DNA of 64,000 nt from Candidatus Magasanikiibacteriota bacterium (GCA_041665405.1 JBAYIZ010000004.1:3958-67957), one strand, 5' to 3'; positions 10,896-20,811 are shown, counted from the stretch's first letter. A program made the numbers and translations. The notes: generated by a model from the sequence alone, not told the origin.

Positions 10896-13150
10896 AAAAT
10901 TTTTGTTTTATTTTTTACCGCCTTTAATATCTTTTCTTCAATTTCTCTCGGAGTCAAATGGGCAACTTCATAAACTTCTGGGACATTACCAGATTTTAGA
11001 TAGGTTTCAATCGCAATAGAGCGAGCATCATAATCGGCTGGTAATAAGAATGGATACAAAAAACCCTTCCAACCATTGTGTAAAGCCACCACCAATTCGC
11101 GTTCGCTGTCTGGGAAAATTTCTTGCGCTCCTCGTGGATCTTTTTTTCTGTATTCTTCAAATAATTCCGGTGATGTGACAGCCAAAATTTTCACATCAAA
11201 ATCTTTTTCCAAATTCGGTAAAATTTCTAATGTATTGAACAGCATTTGAGATCCGCAAATTGCCAAAACTGTTTTTTGTTTTTTATTATTGGCAAATGGT
11301 TTGTAAACATAAGCCCCGTTGATAGCCGCGCGTGCTGGTGGAACATTTCCTTCGCGTTTTATTACTGGCGTATCCGGCCGAGTGACCGACAAAGCAATCG
11401 GTTCGCCTTTTTCCAAAGCATAAAACAACATTTCTACAGTTTCATTGGCATCAAATGGTTTGTAAACTTTGATACCCGGTAGAGCGTTGTACAAGCTCAT
11501 CCAATACAATCCTTGGTGGGTCGGGCCGTCCTCGCCAGTTTCAGGACCATCATGAGCGGCCAGCACAATAAAAAATCCTTTGGAATCTGGTTTGAGATGA
11601 TTACCAATCAATGCTAGGCGAACGCAGTTGCCAATCATGGTAGTGAAGACAGCATAAGTTCCAAACACAGAAACTGGTTGAAAGCCTCCTGGTAAAACAT
11701 CTTGAGACATAGCCGCATACATCATGGCCATATTTTGTTCGGCAATACCGAAACGGATACCACGTCCATATGGATTGGTTTGATTTATCAAACCGTAAAT
11801 ATTTTCAGCTTGATTTACCAAAATAGATTTTCCGAGATCACCGGCACCAGCATAAAAGAAAGCAGTTTTTTGCATTAGCCATTTGAACCAGGCGGCAGAT
11901 GCTTTTCTGGTAGCGATTTGTTCTCCACCTTTAAAAATTAATTCAGGAGGCAATGTTTCTGGGCGTCGCAAAGAGACTGGATTTACTAGTGGACGATCTG
12001 GTAGGGCGGTGACCATTTTTTTTATCAACTCCGATTCAGTTTTTAGTTTTTTTGTAGCCAAATCCAATCTTGATAATAAGAATTTTTCATCGTCTTTGGT
12101 GATTTTTCCACAAATATACTCGATATCTTTGATAACTTGCCCAGCAATTCCAGGAATTTCAAAACCCAAATTTTTCATGATGGTGACGTACTCATCATGT
12201 TTGGCCGGTGTGCCGTGAGAGGTGGCGGTATTTTCCATTGAACCATATAGTTTGCCTTTGAGTGTGTGGGCGATAACGGCTGTGGGCAAATTATTTCCAA
12301 AACCTTCAGCGGCCAGACGGTAGGCGTAAAACAATTCTAAAATATTTTCTCCGTCAACCTCGATGACATTCCAACCCATCCCCAGCCAATGATTAATGTA
12401 GGGTGAATTCATCGCCTCTTCTATCGGGCCATCAATACCAAAATGATTATAATCCAAACTTACAATCAGATTATCGGTATTCGTAGTTGATATTACATTA
12501 CGCGCCTCATAACTCATTCCTTCTTCACTTTCGGCATCGCCCATTAGTACAAAAACTTTGGTGTCCAATCCACAAGATTTATGGGCGATGGCGATACCTC
12601 CAGCGGCGGATAATCCGTGACCAGAAGGTCCAGTCGAGGTGTCTGCGAGTGGATATTGACTCTCCACATGTCCTTGAGGACCGTCGGCATGTCTAAAACG
12701 GGTGAGATTTTCAGGGAAAACTGCATGGATTTCAGTTGGAGAAAATTTTCGTCCAGCGCGGCGTAAACATTCATAAATTAATGAATTGATAGAATGTAAA
12801 GCCGGGGTGCAATGTCCAGCGCTCCAAATCAGACGATCACGGCCAGAATTTTTTGGATCGGTAGGATCGTAAGCTAAATTTTCGCCAAGTAATAAGGCTA
12901 AAATTTGTTCAACTTTGCTACTACTGCCACCGGGATGACCAGATTGTCCAGCTTCCACTGCGGCAAAAATTAAGGCGCGCATCAATCGTGCAAGACTGCT
13001 TAGACGTTCTTTGTCAAACCATTTTGGTTCGGACAATTCTAATTTTTGCAAATTTAAATATTGAGATTTGAATTTACAAAGTTCAAATCTTTCTGGTTGT
13101 TCCTTTTTTAATTTTGCCAAATCTTTTTTTTCTAGCAAGTTGTATATCAT
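10892..13150 (-). CDS. Transketolase-like thiamine-diphosphate enzyme (long form)
   Basis: 752 aa. GHPGG and the TPP-binding GDAESEEGMSYEA (GDG...EG-like) motifs are present. Transketolase versus DXS cannot be separated without an alignment. Confidence 0.55.
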   Translation of the reverse strand: MIYNLLEKKDLAKLKKEQPERFELCKFKSQYLNLQKLELSEPKWFDKERLSSLARLMRALIFAAVEAGQSGHPGGSSSKVEQILALLLGENLAYDPTDPKNSGRDRLIWSAGHCTPALHSINSLIYECLRRAGRKFSPTEIHAVFPENLTRFRHADGPQGHVESQYPLADTSTGPSGHGLSAAGGIAIAHKSCGLDTKVFVLMGDAESEEGMSYEARNVISTTNTDNLIVSLDYNHFGIDGPIEEAMNSPYINHWLGMGWNVIEVDGENILELFYAYRLAAEGFGNNLPTAVIAHTLKGKLYGSMENTATSHGTPAKHDEYVTIMKNLGFEIPGIAGQVIKDIEYICGKITKDDEKFLLSRLDLATKKLKTESELIKKMVTALPDRPLVNPVSLRRPETLPPELIFKGGEQIATRKASAAWFKWLMQKTAFFYAGAGDLGKSILVNQAENIYGLINQTNPYGRGIRFGIAEQNMAMMYAAMSQDVLPGGFQPVSVFGTYAVFTTMIGNCVRLALIGNHLKPDSKGFFIVLAAHDGPETGEDGPTHQGLYWMSLYNALPGIKVYKPFDANETVEMLFYALEKGEPIALSVTRPDTPVIKREGNVPPARAAINGAYVYKPFANNKKQKTVLAICGSQMLFNTLEILPNLEKDFDVKILAVTSPELFEEYRKKDPRGAQEIFPDSERELVVALHNGWKGFLYPFLLPADYDARSIAIETYLKSGNVPEVYEVAHLTPREIEEKILKAVKNKTKIL

Positions 13151-13168
13151 AAAGTTTAATTATTAATT

Positions 13169-15430
13169 TTATTTTTCCCAAAAACGTCCGTCGGAAAATA
13201 TTTTTTTCTTCCATTGATAATAGTTTAAAAATTCACACAATGTTAAGGGTTTGCTTACGTCTGCATCATATTGATAATTCGTACAATCCAGATGGCTTGG
13301 TATATTGTAGTCTATCAGTCTTTGACCTGTTTTATCAAGTTGATTTATATACAACCCGAATTCATGCATACCCAAAATATTGGGAAAATCTTTTCTCTCA
13401 TTAAAGATAGAATGTCCTTCGAAAGCGTTGGCGCTATTGATATTGAGTAGATTTAATACAGTCGGTGTAAAATCTATTCCAGATGAAGGCAAATCAATTG
13501 TTTTTGGTAGTACACTTTTTGGTACATAAACCATAAACATATTTTCATCATAAAAACTTAATTTTCCAACCACATCGGCAAAATTATCCTTGGTATAAGC
13601 AGCTGGAAAAACAGCATGATCTGCCACGGTAATGACAATAGTGTTTTTATAAAGAGGACTTAGCGTAAACTCGTCCCAAAATTTTCCGAAGGCATCATCA
13701 GTAGTGTGAATTGAGTTTAGTAAATCATTTTTTCCATCACCATACTTCACCATATCTTTGGCCAATGTAAACGGCGGGTGAGTATCTACAGTAGAAAGCA
13801 TCATCAAAAATGGTTTTTTAGATTGTTCGTTCATAAGTTTCCAGGTAGCTGGGAAAAGTTGATGATCACTCCAGCCCCAGGAAAGCGGTTCTCCGTCAAT
13901 ATATTGTTTCAATTCTTCGGTGCCAAAAAATTTATTTGTGCCCATGTCGGTAATTATAGTACCTTTGTTGGCAAAATCTTTATCTACTGCCGTGATATAG
14001 GCTGAATATTGATAACCATTATTTTTTAAAATTTGTGGCAGACATAGCAAGTGATGGTGACGTACGCCACCATTGGTAATTTCCTCATGTCCAGTAGGTG
14101 GTAAAATAGAACAAAGTTGGGAAAGTAATCCAGTCACAGTGGGAGTAGCAGCATTAAAGTATTTTCTAAAAATTGTAGTATTTGGATCTTTGGACATCTT
14201 ATCTAGCCCAGGAGTGACAGCCACTAAGTTGGGATTGTAGACTTCGCTGAGACGGCTGGAAAATGATTCCAAAAACACAATCAAAATATTTGGTTTTTGT
14301 TGTTGTAAAACTGGTGGTAATAATAGGGTAGAGGTGACTGGAAAAATTTGTTTATGTTGATTTATACTAAATTCGTTCAAGTTATATTTTATACCGAATC
14401 GCTCTAATTTTTTTTGTACGATTGGATTTAATTCGACTTGAATATTATTATCGGCAAAATAATCATAAAAATTTTTTATAATACCGTATTCCGGCGTGGT
14501 TTTTATGGATGAGAATACGATAAGTGAACCGATGGCCAGTATTAATATGGCCAAATTATAATAACTCCAATATTTTTTTTGAATCTGTTTATGAGATAAT
14601 AATATTTTTCTTTTGATAAAAACAAAAATGGTCAACAATAACATCAGCACTAACAGCAAGATGATACTGACGCTGTTGAACACCACTCCAGCGGACCCTC
14701 TGGTATGTTCCAAAATTATCGGACTCAAATTTAGTCCTGAAAAAAACAAGATACCAGCGTTTATACCCCATAAAATGAGAAATAGTACGAATGCCAAAAT
14801 CCAAGTAGTTTTGAAAATAATAGCTGGAATTTTTTTGAAATGACAGTAGGCGAGATCAGATATAGAATATAATAATAACCAAAACATGGTAATAGACCAA
14901 GCGCGAAAAACAATGACATTAAAAAATTTTAAGCCGGTAAATACTACAGCAAACCGGTATGTCCAATATTGCAAACCAAGGTTGATTAGAAAAATAAACA
15001 AAAAGAAAAAGAAATATAATGAGTTTATTTTTTTCCAGACAATCGCATTGGGGTGGGTAGATAAAGTTTTTTGGGTGTACCAAAAAACGAATGATAAAAT
15101 AAAGACGGAATAAATCATGCTTTCAACCTCTACTCGTAAAAAATAAATTAGGAAAACAAGAGAAAATACCAAAAATAATTTTTCCAATTTGTAATAAAAT
15201 TCATTTTCCCAGTAGGGGTGACGTTTGGTTTTGTGTACTAGGTATTTGAAAATACTTTTGAATATTTGAAAACCAACAAACGCTGCCGCCATCACAATTA
15301 ACGCCTTGCCCACAAACTGCAAGTGATTGTGTTTGTTAAAATGGTACCAGCTCCAACCAGCTGATATAACAAAAGCGCCAATTAAAGAATTGGACGCTAA
15401 TATTAGTTTTTTTAATAGGTTTTTTATCAT
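13169..15430 (-). CDS. LtaS/sulfatase-family membrane protein (polytopic N-terminus plus alkaline-phosphatase-superfamily domain)
   Basis: 753 aa. The N-terminal ~330 aa carry about 10 TM helices. The C-terminal domain has STVDTHPPF and VADH motifs typical of the sulfatase / phosphoglycerol-transferase fold. Confidence 0.55.
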   Translation of the reverse strand: MIKNLLKKLILASNSLIGAFVISAGWSWYHFNKHNHLQFVGKALIVMAAAFVGFQIFKSIFKYLVHKTKRHPYWENEFYYKLEKLFLVFSLVFLIYFLRVEVESMIYSVFILSFVFWYTQKTLSTHPNAIVWKKINSLYFFFFLFIFLINLGLQYWTYRFAVVFTGLKFFNVIVFRAWSITMFWLLLYSISDLAYCHFKKIPAIIFKTTWILAFVLFLILWGINAGILFFSGLNLSPIILEHTRGSAGVVFNSVSIILLLVLMLLLTIFVFIKRKILLSHKQIQKKYWSYYNLAILILAIGSLIVFSSIKTTPEYGIIKNFYDYFADNNIQVELNPIVQKKLERFGIKYNLNEFSINQHKQIFPVTSTLLLPPVLQQQKPNILIVFLESFSSRLSEVYNPNLVAVTPGLDKMSKDPNTTIFRKYFNAATPTVTGLLSQLCSILPPTGHEEITNGGVRHHHLLCLPQILKNNGYQYSAYITAVDKDFANKGTIITDMGTNKFFGTEELKQYIDGEPLSWGWSDHQLFPATWKLMNEQSKKPFLMMLSTVDTHPPFTLAKDMVKYGDGKNDLLNSIHTTDDAFGKFWDEFTLSPLYKNTIVITVADHAVFPAAYTKDNFADVVGKLSFYDENMFMVYVPKSVLPKTIDLPSSGIDFTPTVLNLLNINSANAFEGHSIFNERKDFPNILGMHEFGLYINQLDKTGQRLIDYNIPSHLDCTNYQYDADVSKPLTLCEFLNYYQWKKKIFSDGRFWEK

Positions 15431-15435
15431 GGGTA

Positions 15436-15807
15436 CTATTCTTCGATTTTGTATTCCTTATTTTCACGCACTTCGCGTTTGTCTTTTTTATCTTTCTCTC
15501 TTTGGGTAGTTTTATGTTTTTTTATTTCTTCCTCCAAATGGTCACGTACTTTATCTATCGCTTTATACAGATCAGGTTCAGTTTTGGAAACAAACAAATC
15601 ATTGCCAGGTAAATCCAATTTGCATTCGCACACAAACACATTACCTTTGAGGTGATGTTGATTTTCTTTGCCGACTATTACATGAGCACGAACAATTTTG
15701 TCATAAAATTTATCGAGGCCGCTGATTTTTTTCTCTACGTAATCTTTTATCGCTTCAGTAAGGTCGATATTTTTACCGGTGATGTTTATTTGCATAGTCA
15801 TTAACAA
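15436..15807 (-). CDS. hpf: Ribosome hibernation promoting factor (HPF/RaiA family)
   Basis: 123 aa. It begins MQINITGKNIDLTEAIKDYVEKK, a classic HPF/YfiA N-terminus. Confidence 0.85.
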   Translation of the reverse strand: MLMTMQINITGKNIDLTEAIKDYVEKKISGLDKFYDKIVRAHVIVGKENQHHLKGNVFVCECKLDLPGNDLFVSKTEPDLYKAIDKVRDHLEEEIKKHKTTQREKDKKDKREVRENKEYKIEE

Positions 15808-15830
15808 TAAATAAATTAATTTAGTAAATT

Positions 15831-16769
15831 TTATTGTACAATTTCAACTTCCGTTTCTAGCTCAATCTTAAATTTATTATACGCTTTTTCTTTCATTATT
15901 TCAACAATTTTTAATACATCCGTCTGTTTAGCATCCTGAAAATTTACGATAAAATTACCGTGTTCATCGGAAATTTTTGCGCCGCCAACTTCCAGGCCTT
16001 TTATATCAAGCTGTTCCATCACCCAGCCTACCGGCACAGTGCCACGCTGTTGAAATAATTCTGGTAGTTCTTTGACATCCCCAGCCCATTTGGCCAATTT
16101 GATATTTTTGAAAAAACTGCCGGCTGAAGGGAAGCGGGGATAACGTCCAGCGCGGTGCTTCATATATCCTTGTACCTTTTCCATCATTTCTTTTTTGTCT
16201 CCAGGTTTTAGTTCAAAACAAGCACGCAAAACAATGTCTTTGTTAAATTTAAAAAGACTTTCACGATAACCAAATTGACAGTCGCTTTTTTGTACTTCAA
16301 TAACTTCACCATCGCGCCATATTTCAACTTTTGAAATAGTGTGTGCTATATCTAGGCCCATTGCTCCAGCATTGCCTCTTACTGCTCCGCCTATTGTACC
16401 TGGTATTCCAACGGCCCACTCTAAGCCAGCTAGGTTGTTTTTTATCGCCAAATTTAAAACTGCACCTAGTTGAGCGCCAGCTTCGGCGATTATGGTATTG
16501 TCCACCAATTCAATTTTCGATGTTTGGACTTTTATGGTAACTCCCTCTAGACCACTGTCTGGCATCAATAAATTCGAGCCACCACCAAGAATAAAATAAT
16601 TTACACCCTCTCCGTTGAGATAGTTGAGTAATTCAACAAATTTATTGGTATCTGAGACTCGGACGAGGTACTGAGCTGGTCCACCAATGGCGATAGTGGT
16701 AAGTTTAGAAAATGGTGCATTTGTTTTGAGATCTCCGTAATTTTTTAGTTCTGTATAGAGTTGATCCAT
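15831..16769 (-). CDS. murB: UDP-N-acetylenolpyruvoylglucosamine reductase MurB
   Basis: FAD-binding GGGSNLL and GIPGTIGGAVRGNAGAMG motifs are present. The start is more likely the internal Met at MDQLYTEL (~16769) than the longer ORF call at 16898. Confidence 0.8.
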   Translation of the reverse strand: MDQLYTELKNYGDLKTNAPFSKLTTIAIGGPAQYLVRVSDTNKFVELLNYLNGEGVNYFILGGGSNLLMPDSGLEGVTIKVQTSKIELVDNTIIAEAGAQLGAVLNLAIKNNLAGLEWAVGIPGTIGGAVRGNAGAMGLDIAHTISKVEIWRDGEVIEVQKSDCQFGYRESLFKFNKDIVLRACFELKPGDKKEMMEKVQGYMKHRAGRYPRFPSAGSFFKNIKLAKWAGDVKELPELFQQRGTVPVGWVMEQLDIKGLEVGGAKISDEHGNFIVNFQDAKQTDVLKIVEIMKEKAYNKFKIELETEVEIVQ

Positions 16770-16821
16770 AGAAAGTGTGATTAATTGCCAAAACAGCAGT
16801 ATTTTAGTATAATCTGAAGGT

Positions 16822-18051
16822 ATGAAATTTACCCTCAATAAACCGGTTATATATGTAGCTCGTGACCTCGAGCGTACTTTTGGTTTGCCGATTGTCACAA
16901 AAGGCTACTACATTATCTCAAATTATACCGCCTTTGCCAATAGTTTGGTGAAGGGATGTAAAAATGTGCTGTTAATAAAAAGTGATCATCTTTTGGATAC
17001 TAGAGAATTGTTGAATCATCCAATGGCTATAAATTTTATAAATGGGATAAACGACGCGCATATATTAGTCTTTAAAAACACTGCTCAAATCGAAAAGATT
17101 TGTTTGGAACATGATTGGACTTTGTTAAATCCATCGGCCGAACTGGCTTCAAGAGTGGAAGAAAAAATTTCTCAAGTAAAATGGTTGGGAGAACTGAAAA
17201 AAAATTTGCCGCCATTTCAGATTAAAATAGCCAAGGATGTAAAATGGTCTGGCAAATCTTTTATTTTACAATTCAATCGCGCTCATACTGGGAGTGGAAC
17301 AATTTTTGTTGAAAATGAAAAACAGTTGAAAGAAATTCAGGCAAAATTTCCTCTACGTGAAGTGCGGGTAACAAAATATATTACCGGACCAATGTTTACC
17401 AACAACAATGTGGTAGTTGGAAAAAAAGTATTATGTGGAAATATAAATTACCAAATTACAGGTTTGAAACCCTTTACCAATTTGCCATTCGCTACTATCG
17501 GCAATGATTGGGCTCTGCCAAATAAAATTTTAAGTGCCAAACAGAAAAAAGAATATTTGGCGATGGCACAAGCGATTGGCCACAAGTTAGCACGAGATGG
17601 TTGGAAAGGACTGTTCGGCATTGATGTGATTTTGGAGGAAAAAACGGGGAAGTTATATTTGATCGAAATAAACGCGCGCCAACCGGCTAGTACTAGCTTT
17701 GAATCGCAGTTACAACAATTTACAGACAAACTTGGATTGGCGACTTTTACAGCCCATATTTCGGCATTGTTGGGGGAAAAAGTAGTTGGGAAGTTGATAG
17801 TGATAAAATCAGGCGCACAGATTACTCAAAAGGTGACCGATGTTAAAAAAAATATTTCATTAAGTAGGATGTTATATAAAATTAATGATTTAAAAACGAA
17901 AAAAATTCAAATTTTCATTTATGAAAATGATAAACTAGAATCAGACTGGGTTCGAATGCAATCTATTAGCGGTTTGGTAAACAGTCACAATAATCTAAAT
18001 AAATTAGGTCACGAACTAAAAAATTTTTCAGAATCTATTTTAAATAATTAA
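16822..18051 (+). CDS. ATP-grasp domain ligase (unknown substrate)
   Basis: 409 aa. The C-terminal ATP-grasp signature GLFGIDVILEEKTGKLYLIEINARQPAS is present. Confidence 0.55.
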   Translation: MKFTLNKPVIYVARDLERTFGLPIVTKGYYIISNYTAFANSLVKGCKNVLLIKSDHLLDTRELLNHPMAINFINGINDAHILVFKNTAQIEKICLEHDWTLLNPSAELASRVEEKISQVKWLGELKKNLPPFQIKIAKDVKWSGKSFILQFNRAHTGSGTIFVENEKQLKEIQAKFPLREVRVTKYITGPMFTNNNVVVGKKVLCGNINYQITGLKPFTNLPFATIGNDWALPNKILSAKQKKEYLAMAQAIGHKLARDGWKGLFGIDVILEEKTGKLYLIEINARQPASTSFESQLQQFTDKLGLATFTAHISALLGEKVVGKLIVIKSGAQITQKVTDVKKNISLSRMLYKINDLKTKKIQIFIYENDKLESDWVRMQSISGLVNSHNNLNKLGHELKNFSESILNN

Positions 18052-18054
18052 AAT

Positions 18055-18852
18055 ATGCTTTCAGCTAAGGCGCAAAAATTATTAGACGAATATTTCAACC
18101 TTCCTTTTGATGGTATTATGGGTATTCGTTGTCCTTATTTTAATAATGCGAGAAAAAAACAGCGAGCTCAATTGCGTGTATTGGTTGGAAAGGGAACTCC
18201 TAAAGAGATTATAGAAGAAGCAAAAATTATTTCTATCCAGTACCATATTGGTCTGTTTGATAAAACCGGTCATTGTTGTCTGCACAATGAACACACTGGC
18301 AAAGAAGTGAATGGCGAGGAAGTGCGCAAATTTTTGGTGGATCATAATCTGGGAATAGAGTGTTCTGGTTTTGTGACCCAAATTTTACGAGCTCATTTTC
18401 AAGAGACCAAAAATTTTGATGTTGCTCGTAATTTTTTTATAGCTTCACCACGTAATTTTTTCCGATGGATAATTACCAAATTGCGTCCAATAGAGAATAT
18501 TGGGGCGATGACATATATGGACAACAAAAACACTGCCAGCATTTCTTGGCAGGAAGCACAAGCAGGTGATGTAATAGTTTTTTTGGAAACAAATGCGAAG
18601 TTTCAACGCAACCATATAATACTTATCACTGATAGGATCAACGATGTTATCCACTATGCTCACGCTCGTGCTTGGGGCAGTGAAGGAAAATATGGTCATG
18701 GTATGGCCAAAGGAGAAATAAAAATTGTAGATCAAAAAGGGGATTTGTTAAAACAAGAATGGACGGAATTCTGTAAAACCAATGAACAGAATGAAACATA
18801 TTTGGAAGCCAAGAGTGCCAAGGTTTTGGAAGTAAGGAGAATAATTATTTAA
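18055..18852 (+). CDS. NlpC/P60- or CHAP-like papain-fold cysteine hydrolase
   Basis: 265 aa. Candidate nucleophile motif IECSGFV is followed by GDVIVF...NHIILITD (the His region), the order seen in NlpC/P60 amidases. Assignment rests on motifs only. Confidence 0.4.
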   Translation: MLSAKAQKLLDEYFNLPFDGIMGIRCPYFNNARKKQRAQLRVLVGKGTPKEIIEEAKIISIQYHIGLFDKTGHCCLHNEHTGKEVNGEEVRKFLVDHNLGIECSGFVTQILRAHFQETKNFDVARNFFIASPRNFFRWIITKLRPIENIGAMTYMDNKNTASISWQEAQAGDVIVFLETNAKFQRNHIILITDRINDVIHYAHARAWGSEGKYGHGMAKGEIKIVDQKGDLLKQEWTEFCKTNEQNETYLEAKSAKVLEVRRIII

Positions 18853-18854
18853 CT

Positions 18855-19358
18855 ATGTCAATATCATTTTTATCGGTAGTTATCGCACTATTAATTTTTT
18901 TATTGTTTGTGTTAGTTTTTTCGCCGATATTTTTAGGTGTACCATTTTTGCCAACACACAAAAAACAGGCCTTGCAAATGATAGAGTGGGCGAATATACA
19001 GGCAGGAATGAAGGTAATTGATTTGGGCTCTGGGGCTGGGCGCTTGTTATTTTTGGCGGCCAAAAAAGGTGCCAATGCCGAGGGGTACGAATTGAATCCA
19101 TTTTTGGTAGTTTGGACGAGATTGGTGATTTTTTTAAGGAAAGAAAAAAATGTAAAAGTTTATTACAAATCAATTTATGATGCCGATATCAGCAATGCCG
19201 ATATTGTCGTGATGTTTTTATTTCCACCTCACATGAAAAAGATGACGGAAAAATTAAAGGAGGTAAAACCGGGTGCAAAAATATTGTCGTATGCTTTTTC
19301 TTTGCCTGGTTGGACACCAATAAAACATGAACAGGGGATATTTATTTACCAGCGATAA
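18855..19358 (+). CDS. Membrane-anchored class I SAM-dependent methyltransferase
   Basis: 167 aa with an N-terminal TM helix. Motif I VIDLGSGAGRLL is present, in a small MTase fold. Confidence 0.6.
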   Translation: MSISFLSVVIALLIFLLFVLVFSPIFLGVPFLPTHKKQALQMIEWANIQAGMKVIDLGSGAGRLLFLAAKKGANAEGYELNPFLVVWTRLVIFLRKEKNVKVYYKSIYDADISNADIVVMFLFPPHMKKMTEKLKEVKPGAKILSYAFSLPGWTPIKHEQGIFIYQR

Positions 19359-19409
19359 TCATTGACTTTCACGATATTTTTTGATATATTCAAATCAATA
19401 AATTCAAAC

Positions 19410-19481
19410 GGCCTGTTCGTCTAATGGTTAGGACTTTACCTTCTCAAGGTAGAAATACGGGTTCGATTCCCGTACGGGCTA
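19410..19481 (+). tRNA. tRNA-Glu (anticodon CUC)
   Basis: The cloverleaf was folded by hand. The acceptor stem GGCCTGT/ACGGGCT contains two G-U pairs. The D-arm TTCGTCTAATGGTTAGGAC is tRNA-Glu-like. The anticodon loop is TTCTCAA and the T-loop is TTCGATT. Confidence 0.75.
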
Positions 19482-19483
19482 CA

Positions 19484-19607
19484 AAAGCGGAAGAGTACTT
19501 CCGGTCCAGTCACTCTGGTTCTAACGACATCAGCTTCGGTCTACAAAAGCGGAAGAGTACTTCCGGTCCAGTCACTCTGGTTCTAACGACCTCGGCTTCG
19601 GGCTACA
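19484..19607 (+). repeat. Tandem 62-nt direct repeat (2 copies). Each copy ends with the tRNA-Glu 3' terminus (GGGCTACA / GGTCTACA).
   Basis: Copies at 19484-19545 and 19546-19607 differ at 3 positions. Each unit contains the hairpins CGGAAG-AGTA-CTTCCG and CCAG-TCACT-CTGG. The array abuts the tRNA 3' end. Confidence 0.8.
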
Positions 19608-19679
19608 ACGAACTTTGCTATTAGAACCTCTGGTATATCCAGGGGTTTTTGTATATAATACCCGTTATTAAGATGTTAT

Positions 19680-20144
19680 ATGTATAAAATCGTCGCATAT
19701 GATGACACGATGAAAGATGGTGTTGTCCAATTTCTACTTTCAATATTAGAAGGAGAATTTAATCACACTGGCATTGAACGACCAGACATATATTCTATTT
19801 CAGCCACATATCAAAAAGATGGCGGTAATTTTTGGGTTGCTTTTGATCAAGATAAATTAATAGGAACCGCTGGTCTGATTAATTATGGTTCAAATAATGG
19901 ATATATAAAAAGAATGAGTGTTGATCCTAATTATCGTGGTAAGGGAATCGCTCAGAGCCTGTTAAATGTTTTATTAGATTTTGCCAAAGAATATAGTTAT
20001 AAAAAACTATATTTGGCCACTTCAGAAAATATGATAGCCGCTCAAAAATTTTATGAAAAAGAAGGGTTCAACAGAATACCAAAATTACCAAATGGTTTTC
20101 CTACATCTGGAGCCACAATTTTTTATAAATTGTCGTTAAATTAA
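19680..20144 (+). CDS. GNAT-family N-acetyltransferase
   Basis: 154 aa. It has the acetyl-CoA binding motif RGKGIAQSLL and a GNAT fold pattern. Confidence 0.75.
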   Translation: MYKIVAYDDTMKDGVVQFLLSILEGEFNHTGIERPDIYSISATYQKDGGNFWVAFDQDKLIGTAGLINYGSNNGYIKRMSVDPNYRGKGIAQSLLNVLLDFAKEYSYKKLYLATSENMIAAQKFYEKEGFNRIPKLPNGFPTSGATIFYKLSLN

Positions 20145-20155
20145 GTTTTTTCTGT

Positions 20156-20689
20156 ATGATAAAAACTCTAAGCAAAAAACTAATATATAAAAATCATTGG
20201 ATAACTGTTTGGGAAGATAAAGTAGATTTTGGTAAAAATAATAAAGGCATGTATTCGTATATGGAGCGTAATGATGCTGGCCCGATAATGATTGCCCTTA
20301 CCAAAGATAATAAAGTAGCACTATTAAAAGAATGGAGATATCCGATAAAGAAATACTCGCTAGGTTTTCCAGTTGGCGGTCGGGAAAAAAATGAGAGCTG
20401 GAGTAGTGCTGCTAAGCGTGAGTTGAAAGAAGAAACGGGTATTAGCGCGCGCAAGTGGACAAACCTTGGGAAAATATACATTGATCCTGGAGTGAGTACT
20501 CAATATTCTTATGTTTATCTGGCAGAGGATTTAATTTTTGGCGTTCAGGAGCTTGAACATTCTGAAAATCTTACAGTCAAATTTGTCTCTTTAGTTGAAT
20601 TAGAAAAACTGATTTTAAAAAGTGCAATAAAAAGTAATTGGTTATTAGCAAGCTACGCAAAATTATCTGTTTATTTAAATTCAAGATAG
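20156..20689 (+). CDS. NUDIX hydrolase
   Basis: 177 aa. The Nudix box GGREKNESWSSAAKRELKEETGI (GX5EX7REUXEEXGU) is present. Confidence 0.8.
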   Translation: MIKTLSKKLIYKNHWITVWEDKVDFGKNNKGMYSYMERNDAGPIMIALTKDNKVALLKEWRYPIKKYSLGFPVGGREKNESWSSAAKRELKEETGISARKWTNLGKIYIDPGVSTQYSYVYLAEDLIFGVQELEHSENLTVKFVSLVELEKLILKSAIKSNWLLASYAKLSVYLNSR

Positions 20690-20701
20690 TTTTGATAAAA
20701 A

Positions 20702-20730
20702 AGTTTGCCTACCGTCTCGGTAGGGTCTAC
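20702..20730 (+). repeat. Island repeat copy 1: AGTTTGCCTACCGTCTCGGTAGGGTCTAC with an upstream A-run
   Basis: Exact 29-mer with internal inverted repeat CCTACCG-TCT-CGGTAGG. It starts 12 nt after the NUDIX stop. Confidence 0.9.
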
Positions 20731-20736
20731 ACGCAC

Positions 20737-20766
20737 AATTACGCTAAAAATAGCGTAATTTTTGTT
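20737..20766 (+). terminator. Rho-independent terminator (AATTACGCTA-AAAA-TAGCGTAATT then TTTTGTT)
   Basis: Perfect 10-bp stem followed by a T-run, immediately after repeat copy 1. Confidence 0.7.
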
Positions 20767-20782
20767 ACATTTAATATGATAC

Positions 20783-20811
20783 TTGACATATATATAAAAT
20801 ATAGCTATAAT
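20783..20811 (+). promoter_or_regulatory. Consensus sigma70-type promoter TTGACA-N17-TATAAT upstream of the TA operon
   Basis: TTGACA at 20783-20788 and TATAAT at 20806-20811 with an exact 17-nt spacer. The antitoxin start lies ~34 nt downstream. Confidence 0.6.

Noticed and set aside
3168-18735. Numerous 60-130-aa ORFs antisense to or nested in the long housekeeping genes (for example 3168..3479, 7507..7893, 11883..12218, 17448..17729, 18082..18381)
   Set aside because: They lie fully inside well-supported genes on the opposite strand or in another frame. They are AT-rich and low-complexity and have no start context.
19424-19624. 66-aa ORF spanning tRNA-Glu and the tandem repeats. Analogous ORFs are 28390..28611 (-) over tRNA-Asn and 60419..60637 / 60446..60634 over tRNA-Ser.
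   Set aside because: They overlap confidently folded tRNAs and repeats. They have no RBS and a low-complexity translation.
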